This document shows positions 59,103 to 64,000 of a DNA stretch of 64,000 nt, piece by piece. Every line of letters starts with the position of its first letter. The first letter of the stretch is position 1. The DNA is taken from positions 40 through 64,039 of the forward strand of contig CAXMRU010000280.1 in NCBI GenBank assembly GCA_964195715.1, written 5' to 3'. The notes beneath the pieces were generated by a model. That model was given only the letters and a program-made list of their open reading frames with translations. It had not been told where the DNA came from and did no database searches. Source of the DNA: Akkermansiaceae bacterium. Lineage in GTDB: Bacteria > Gemmatimonadota > Gemmatimonadetes > Palauibacterales > Palauibacteraceae. The position numbers and the translations under genes were made by a program.

Positions 59103-60311
59103 CTATTGAATGGTGTTGATGATCCCGAAGATCGGCAGGTACATGGCCACGATCATGCCGCCGACGACCGTACCGAGGATCACGATCATCAGGGGCTCCA
59201 TGGCTTTCAGAAGCGACTCGACCGCCGTGTCCACTTCGTCGTCGTAGAAATCGGCGATCTTGGTCAGCATCCCGTCCAGGTCACCCGTCTCCTCGCCCAC
59301 GTTGATCATCTGGGTCACCATCGGCGGGAACACACCGGAGACCCTGAGCGGCTCCGAGATCGACGCACCGCCGGCGATCGAGTTACGACTTTCCATGATC
59401 GCGTCGTGAATCACCCGGTTTCCCGAGGTGCGGGCCGTGATCTCGAGCCCATCCAGAATCGTCACGCCCGAGCTGAGGAGTGTGCCCAGCGTGCGCGTGA
59501 ACCTCGCCACGGAAGACTTCCGGGCCAGGTTTCCGAAGACCGGGAGGCGAAGAAGGATCCGGTCGAAGATGAGACGGCCGGAGGATGTCGCGATCCACCG
59601 CTTGAACAGCCACACGGCTGCCATGATCCCACCACCCATGGCCCACCAGTACCCCTGCAGGATGTCCGAGGCCATGATCACGATCCGAGTCGGCAGCGGC
59701 AGTACCTGGTCGAAGCTCTCGAACATCTGTTGGAAGGTGGGAATGACGAACAGCAGCAGCACGACGATCGCCGAAAGGGCCACGAAGCTGATGACGCCAG
59801 GGTAGATCATGGCGCCCTTTACCTTGCGGGAAAGGGACTCCGCCTTCTCGAGGAAGACGGCCAGGCGAACCAGGATCGTGTCCAGGATACCTCCGGTCTC
59901 ACCGGCGGCGACCATGTTCACGTACAGCGGCAGGAACACCTTCGTGTGCTCGCGCATTGCATCTGCCAGCGTGTTTCCCGACTCGACGTCGTACAGGACC
60001 GCCTGCAGGGTCGACTGCAGGGTCTTGTTGTCGGACTGTTTAGCGAGAATGTCGAGCGACTGCACCAGCGGGAGTCCGGCGTTGATCATCGTCGCGAACT
60101 GCCGCGTCATGATCACGATGTCCCGCGTCTTTACTTTCCCACCACCGAGCAGGTTACTCAAGTCGATCCCCTTCGGTTTCTCCCGCACGGCGACGGGGAT
60201 CAGCCGCTGGCTGCGAAGATGCGCGATGACCTCCTCGCGACTCGCAGCATCGTACTCGGCGCGCTTGAGTTCGCCGGAGACGGTTCTCGCGCTGTATGTC
60301 CAGACTGGCAT
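59103..60311 (-). CDS. pilC: Type IV pilus platform protein PilC (GspF family)
   Basis: 402 aa with two tandem T2SS-F-type domains. It has three or more TM segments and typical blocks (FTRQFATMINAGLPLVQSLDIL, FTRTLGTLLSSGVTILDGLEI). Confidence 0.93.
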   Translation of the reverse strand: MPVWTYSARTVSGELKRAEYDAASREEVIAHLRSQRLIPVAVREKPKGIDLSNLLGGGKVKTRDIVIMTRQFATMINAGLPLVQSLDILAKQSDNKTLQSTLQAVLYDVESGNTLADAMREHTKVFLPLYVNMVAAGETGGILDTILVRLAVFLEKAESLSRKVKGAMIYPGVISFVALSAIVVLLLFVIPTFQQMFESFDQVLPLPTRIVIMASDILQGYWWAMGGGIMAAVWLFKRWIATSSGRLIFDRILLRLPVFGNLARKSSVARFTRTLGTLLSSGVTILDGLEITARTSGNRVIHDAIMESRNSIAGGASISEPLRVSGVFPPMVTQMINVGEETGDLDGMLTKIADFYDDEVDTAVESLLKAMEPLMIVILGTVVGGMIVAMYLPIFGIINTIQ

Positions 60312-60349
60312 GGTTCAGGTCGCTCCTGGTTCTTGTCGGTCCGTTGGCC

Positions 60350-60368
60350 GGTCGCTGAACAACCCCAG
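60350..60368 (+). repeat. Copy of the GGTYGCTGAAsAACCCTG intergenic motif (variant)
   Basis: GGTCGCTGAACAACCCCAG lies in the 64-nt pilT-pilC spacer and ends 7 nt before the pilT stop codon complement. Confidence 0.55.
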
Positions 60369-60375
60369 CGGTGTG

Positions 60376-61470
60376 TTAGACGGTTGCCGGCTCCACCTCG
60401 CCGATCATGCGCTTCAACTCGACCTGATCCGCACTCACTCGCATCAGCTCGTCCAGGGCCACTTCATCCCGCATGTACAGGGAATAAAGAGCATCGTTTA
60501 GGGTCTGCATTCCGAACTTCTTTCCGGTCTGCATCGCCGAGTAGATCTGGTGCACTTTCTGGTCGCGGATCAGAGCCCGGATGGCCGGGGTGGCCGTCAT
60601 GATCTCGCACGCCATGACCCGTCCCTTTCCGATGCGTCGAGGGAGAAGCGTCTGCGTGATGACGCCCTCGAGGACGAAGGAAAGCTGGGCGCGAACCTGG
60701 TCCTGCTGGTGCGCCGGGAACACGTCGATGACGCGGTTGATGGACTCGGCCGCCGAATTCGTGTGCAGCGTCGCGAACGCCAGGTGCCCGGTCTCGGCGA
60801 TCGTCAGCGCGGCCTGGACGGTCTCCAGGTCGCGCATCTCGCCGACCAGGATCACGTCGGGGTCCTGCCGCAGCACATACTTGAGGGCAGTGGCGAACGA
60901 GCCGGTGTCGCTGCCTACCTCACGCTGGTTCACGAGGCAGTTCTTGTGGCGGTGCACGAACTCGATCGGGTCCTCCACGGTGATGATGTGCCCGTTCCGC
61001 TCCCGGTTGATCTTGTCGATCATGGCCGCCAGAGTGGTCGACTTGCCGGATCCCGTCGGACCGGTGACCAGCACGAGGCCCCTGGGCTTCTCGGTGAACC
61101 TGGCGACCACCGGGGGCAGGCCCAGCTCCTGGAAAGACAGGATCTCGAATGGGATCTGCCGGATGGCCATCGCGACCGTTCCTCGTTGCCGGAACACGTT
61201 CCCACGGAACCGGGACAGGTTCTGTACGGAGAACGAGAGATCCAGCTCATCGTCCTGTTCGAATCGCTTTTTCTGCTGCTCGGTCAGCGTGGAGTAAGCC
61301 AGCAACTGCGTATCCCGCGGCCCGAGCTGCGTGCCGTGGCTGCTGTCTTCCAATTGGCCGTCGATGCGGAGCTTGGGCACTTCACCCGCTGACAGGTGCA
61401 GGTCGGACGCGCCCCTGTCGATCATCTCTTCAAGCAGGCTGCGCAGCGTGCCCGGTGCAGAATCGCTCAT
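60376..61470 (-). CDS. pilT: Twitching-motility retraction ATPase PilT
   Basis: 364 aa. Walker A GPTGSGKSTTLAAMI, ILVGEMRDLET, TGHLAFATLHTNSA, and the PilT-type AIRALIRD (AIRNLIRE-like) motif. Confidence 0.92.
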   Translation of the reverse strand: MSDSAPGTLRSLLEEMIDRGASDLHLSAGEVPKLRIDGQLEDSSHGTQLGPRDTQLLAYSTLTEQQKKRFEQDDELDLSFSVQNLSRFRGNVFRQRGTVAMAIRQIPFEILSFQELGLPPVVARFTEKPRGLVLVTGPTGSGKSTTLAAMIDKINRERNGHIITVEDPIEFVHRHKNCLVNQREVGSDTGSFATALKYVLRQDPDVILVGEMRDLETVQAALTIAETGHLAFATLHTNSAAESINRVIDVFPAHQQDQVRAQLSFVLEGVITQTLLPRRIGKGRVMACEIMTATPAIRALIRDQKVHQIYSAMQTGKKFGMQTLNDALYSLYMRDEVALDELMRVSADQVELKRMIGEVEPATV

Positions 61471-61516
61471 CGAATACCTCGTTCCGTTTGGTCGTGTCGC
61501 CCGGTCCCTTGACGGG

Positions 61517-63229
61517 TCAGGCGGCCGTCTCCTTGATGATTTCGTCGAGTGTGGTGATTCCCTTGCGGACCTTGACGAGTCCGTCCCCGCGCAGCGTGAT
61601 CATACCCTGTTCGACTGCCGTCCGATTCAGCTCGTCGGTGGACTCGCCCTGGAGGATCATCCGCCTGAGGTCGGGGGTCATCCGCATCACCTCGTAGAGA
61701 CCCTGCCGCCCCGAGTAGCCAGAGCCGTTGCACGCGTCGCAGCCTTCGCCCCGGAAGAAAGTCATGGAAGCCGCCTGCTCCTCGGGGATGCGAGCGGCCC
61801 GCAGGATCTCGGGTGTGTAGGTCGCCTCCGCGCGGCAGTTGGAGCAGATGCGACGCACGAGCCTCTGGGCCGTGATGCAGTTGAGAGCCGACGCGACGTT
61901 GAACGGCTCGAGACCCATGTCGATCATTCGTGTGATCGTCGACGCAGCGTCGTTCGTGTGCAGCGTCGAGAGGACCAGGTGACCCGTCAGCGAGGCCTTC
62001 ACGGCGATCCCCCCGGTCTCGAGGTCCCGGATCTCACCGACCATGATGATGTTCGGATCCTGCCTGAGGAACGCTCTGAGAGCGGCGGCGAAGGTCATTC
62101 CGATCTCGGTGCGCACCTGCACCTGGTTGATGCCGTGCAGGTTGTACTCGACCGGATCTTCGGCCGTCATGATGTTGACTTCGTCCGTGTTGATGCGGCT
62201 GAGAGCGCTGTACAGCGTCGTGGTCTTACCCGAGCCTGTCGGGCCCGTAACGAGCACCATCCCGTAGGGCTTGGAGATCGCGTCCAGGAAATCGGTCTCC
62301 GCCTTCTGCTCCATCCCGAACTTTTCCAGATCGAGCGTCAGGTTACCCTTGTCCAGGATGCGGAGCACGATCTTCTCGCCGAACAGCGTCGGGAGCGTGG
62401 ACACACGGAAATCGATCACCTTCCGGCCGATCTTGATCTTGATGCGGCCGTCCTGCGGGACCCGGCGTTCGGCGATGTTCAGGTCAGCGAGGATCTTCAC
62501 GCGCGAGATCAATGCGGCCCTCATGCGGATGGGCGGCTTCATGATCTCCTGCAGGACACCGTCGATCCGATAGCGGACGCGCAGCTCCTTCTCGTACGGC
62601 TCGATGTGAATGTCGGAGGCCCCGCGGCGAACGGCGTCCGTGAGGAAGCCGTTGATCAAGCGCACGACGGGAGCCTCCTCGACCTGGGCCTGAAGCTGCA
62701 TCGTGGAGTAGACTTCCTCTTCTTCCTCCACGAGCTCCACGTCCTGCTCCTCGAGCTCCTCGAGCAGGTCTCCGAGCCTGTCGTTCGTGACCTCGTAATA
62801 CCTGTCGATCGCCATGCGCAGCGAGTACTCGCCGGCTACCACGGCGTCCACGTCGAACCTGGTGATGAACTTCAGATCGTCGACGACGCTCAGGTCCGTG
62901 GGATTGACCATGGCCACGGTAAGCGTGCGACCGACACGACGCAGCGGGAGAAGCAGATGCTTGCCGGCAAAGTCGGCTGGCACCAGCTGGAGTATCTTCT
63001 CGTCGACCTCCACCTCGGACAGGTCCACGGCGGGAACGCGATACTGCCGCGAAAGGAGCCTCGTCAGCTCCGTCTCCGAAATCGCGCCGCTGGAGACCAG
63101 CGAAAAGCCGATCCGGGTCCCCCCCTGCTTCTGCTCCTTGAGGGCCTTATCCAGCTGCTCCCGCGTGATCAGACTCTCACGCAGTAGCATCTCGCCAATT
63201 TGGGTCTGTTCCAGTGAAGTAGATGCCAT
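61517..63229 (-). CDS. pilB: Type IV pilus assembly ATPase PilB (GspE family)
   Basis: 570 aa. N-terminal T2SSE_N-type domain, Walker A GPTGSGKTTTLYSAL, MVGEIRDLET, and a tetracysteine motif CSNC...CDACNGSG. Confidence 0.95.
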   Translation of the reverse strand: MASTSLEQTQIGEMLLRESLITREQLDKALKEQKQGGTRIGFSLVSSGAISETELTRLLSRQYRVPAVDLSEVEVDEKILQLVPADFAGKHLLLPLRRVGRTLTVAMVNPTDLSVVDDLKFITRFDVDAVVAGEYSLRMAIDRYYEVTNDRLGDLLEELEEQDVELVEEEEEVYSTMQLQAQVEEAPVVRLINGFLTDAVRRGASDIHIEPYEKELRVRYRIDGVLQEIMKPPIRMRAALISRVKILADLNIAERRVPQDGRIKIKIGRKVIDFRVSTLPTLFGEKIVLRILDKGNLTLDLEKFGMEQKAETDFLDAISKPYGMVLVTGPTGSGKTTTLYSALSRINTDEVNIMTAEDPVEYNLHGINQVQVRTEIGMTFAAALRAFLRQDPNIIMVGEIRDLETGGIAVKASLTGHLVLSTLHTNDAASTITRMIDMGLEPFNVASALNCITAQRLVRRICSNCRAEATYTPEILRAARIPEEQAASMTFFRGEGCDACNGSGYSGRQGLYEVMRMTPDLRRMILQGESTDELNRTAVEQGMITLRGDGLVKVRKGITTLDEIIKETAA

Positions 63230-63334
63230 CTCGCTCCGCCGGCTCGTAATCGTGTGGCTTCCCGGGTTCGGTCAGGGCCGCTCCGAGCACCATCCAACGG
63301 CGAGCACACAGCCGCCCGCAGCGTCCGGATTCGA

Positions 63335-63350
63335 GCAAGCGCCATGCCCG
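63335..63350 (-). promoter_or_regulatory. Candidate sigma54 (-24/-12) promoter of pilB
   Basis: The minus strand reads GGGCATGGCGCTTGCT, matching TGGCACG-N4-TTGCW at GGCA, G, TTGC and W with exact spacing. It lies in the 206-nt gap between comEA-like and pilB, about 105-120 nt upstream of the pilB ATG. Confidence 0.55.
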
Positions 63351-63435
63351 GTGTAGTTCACGCGCCACACCCGCACGTCAGGGCCGAACGGACCGCTGCC
63401 CCCGGGGAGAAGCCGTATCCCGTCGATTCGTGCTG

Positions 63436-64000
63436 TCAGAATCGCACTTGCCCTTGAATCTTCTGCAGATTCACGGGCCCGATTCCGGGTACGAGAAGAA
63501 GATCCTCGAGCCGGCGAAACGGCCCCAAGCGCTGCCGTGTCGCCACAATCCGTGCCGAGAGAGCGGGGCCGATCCCCGTGATTTGCTCCAGTTCCTTGAT
63601 ATCTGCCCGATTCACATTCACTGGCCTCGAAACGTCACCGGATGGCCTGGAAACATGCGCCCGGCGGTCGTTCCAGGTTCCGCCGGTAAACGTCAGGTGA
63701 GATGACAGGGCCTCGAGCGTTTTGAGCCCGATGCCGGGCACCCTGGCCATGTCGTCGAGTTCGCGGAAGGGCCCCCCGGAATGCCTCTCGGCCAGGATGG
63801 CCGCGGCCCTGGTCGGTCCAATCCCCGGCAAACGGCGCAGCTCCTCCAGGGGAGCGGTGTTCGGGTCCAGTCTTTCGTTCGCGCCCAGGGGCCGGGCGGC
63901 CCTTTCATCCGCGGCGATGCCCTCGGAGACCGCGCGTCGAGTGGAAGCGAGGCTGCCGCGCGGAGGTTCGTGGGATGCCGCGGTAGTCGTCCACCCGAAG
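63436..64000 (-). CDS. comEA: ComEA-like DNA-binding protein with two tandem helix-hairpin-helix modules (5' end outside the window)
   Basis: The reading frame is open to the window edge by my hand translation (...RLDPNTAPLEELRRLPGIGPTRAAAILAERHSGGPFRELDDMARVPGIGLKTLEAL...). A second module follows: VNVNRADIKELEQITGIGPALSARIVATRQRLGPFRRLEDLLLVPGIGPVNLQKI. Confidence 0.8.
   Translation of the reverse strand, partial: FGWTTTAASHEPPRGSLASTRRAVSEGIAADERAARPLGANERLDPNTAPLEELRRLPGIGPTRAAAILAERHSGGPFRELDDMARVPGIGLKTLEALSSHLTFTGGTWNDRRAHVSRPSGDVSRPVNVNRADIKELEQITGIGPALSARIVATRQRLGPFRRLEDLLLVPGIGPVNLQKIQGQVRF

Noticed and set aside
59106-63187. Plus-strand ORFs of 498, 280 and 618 aa opposite pilC, pilT and pilB.
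   Set aside because: They are antisense to unmistakable PilC, PilT and PilB sequences and have a low-complexity Arg/Asp/His composition.

Overview
This is a high-GC bacterial chromosomal window. It is almost fully coding and mostly on the minus strand. I saw no rRNA, CRISPR array, transposase, prophage or recognisable defence genes. All calls are by eye from the ORF track and raw sequence, so small motif coordinates may be off by 1-2 nt.

**Left part (1-8.6 kb).** It holds a small beta-barrel OMP gene and a complete F1Fo ATP synthase operon, ordered atpZ-like, atpI-like, atpB-E-F-H-A-G-D-C.

**Middle (8.7-38 kb).** This is housekeeping: a MoxR ATPase, a CNNM/CorC transporter, prepilin peptidase pilD, a TrmH-family methyltransferase, thiD, a purine nucleoside phosphorylase, a nucleoside transporter and a rhomboid protease. 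It continues with dnaK, htrA, tRNA-Leu(TAG), tig-clpP-clpX-engB, an atypical sigma54 activator, mogA, gcvT, then hslU-hslV-xerC-trmFO-topA, aroK and aroC.

**Right part (38-64 kb).** This is one large type IV pilus (T4P) supercluster on the minus strand. In transcription order it reads comEA-like, pilB, pilT, pilC, an Rrf2 regulator, an unknown gene, pilS, pilR, pilA, six glycosyltransferase-type genes, a fimT-like gene, a pilV-like gene, and pilM-N-O-P-Q.

**Most unusual content.** The six-gene operon at 43688..53918 is tightly translationally coupled. It encodes one GT2 polyprenyl-phosphate sugar synthase-like protein plus five polytopic GT-C-like proteins: one YfhO-like, two ArnT/PMT-like paralogues and two more divergent. 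It sits between a cysteine-free, Ser/Thr-rich major pilin gene and the minor pilins. I propose it is a pilus-dedicated periplasmic glycosylation system, but that is inference only.

**Other signals.**
- Three well-spaced sigma54-type promoters lie upstream of pilB, pilA and pilM.
- A recurring ~18-30 nt intergenic motif (GGTYGCTGAAsAACCCTG) mostly abuts stop codons.
- A 28/30-nt inverted pair of that motif brackets 212 nt inside the atp operon.
- 4-nt start/stop overlaps (ATGA/GTGA) are pervasive.
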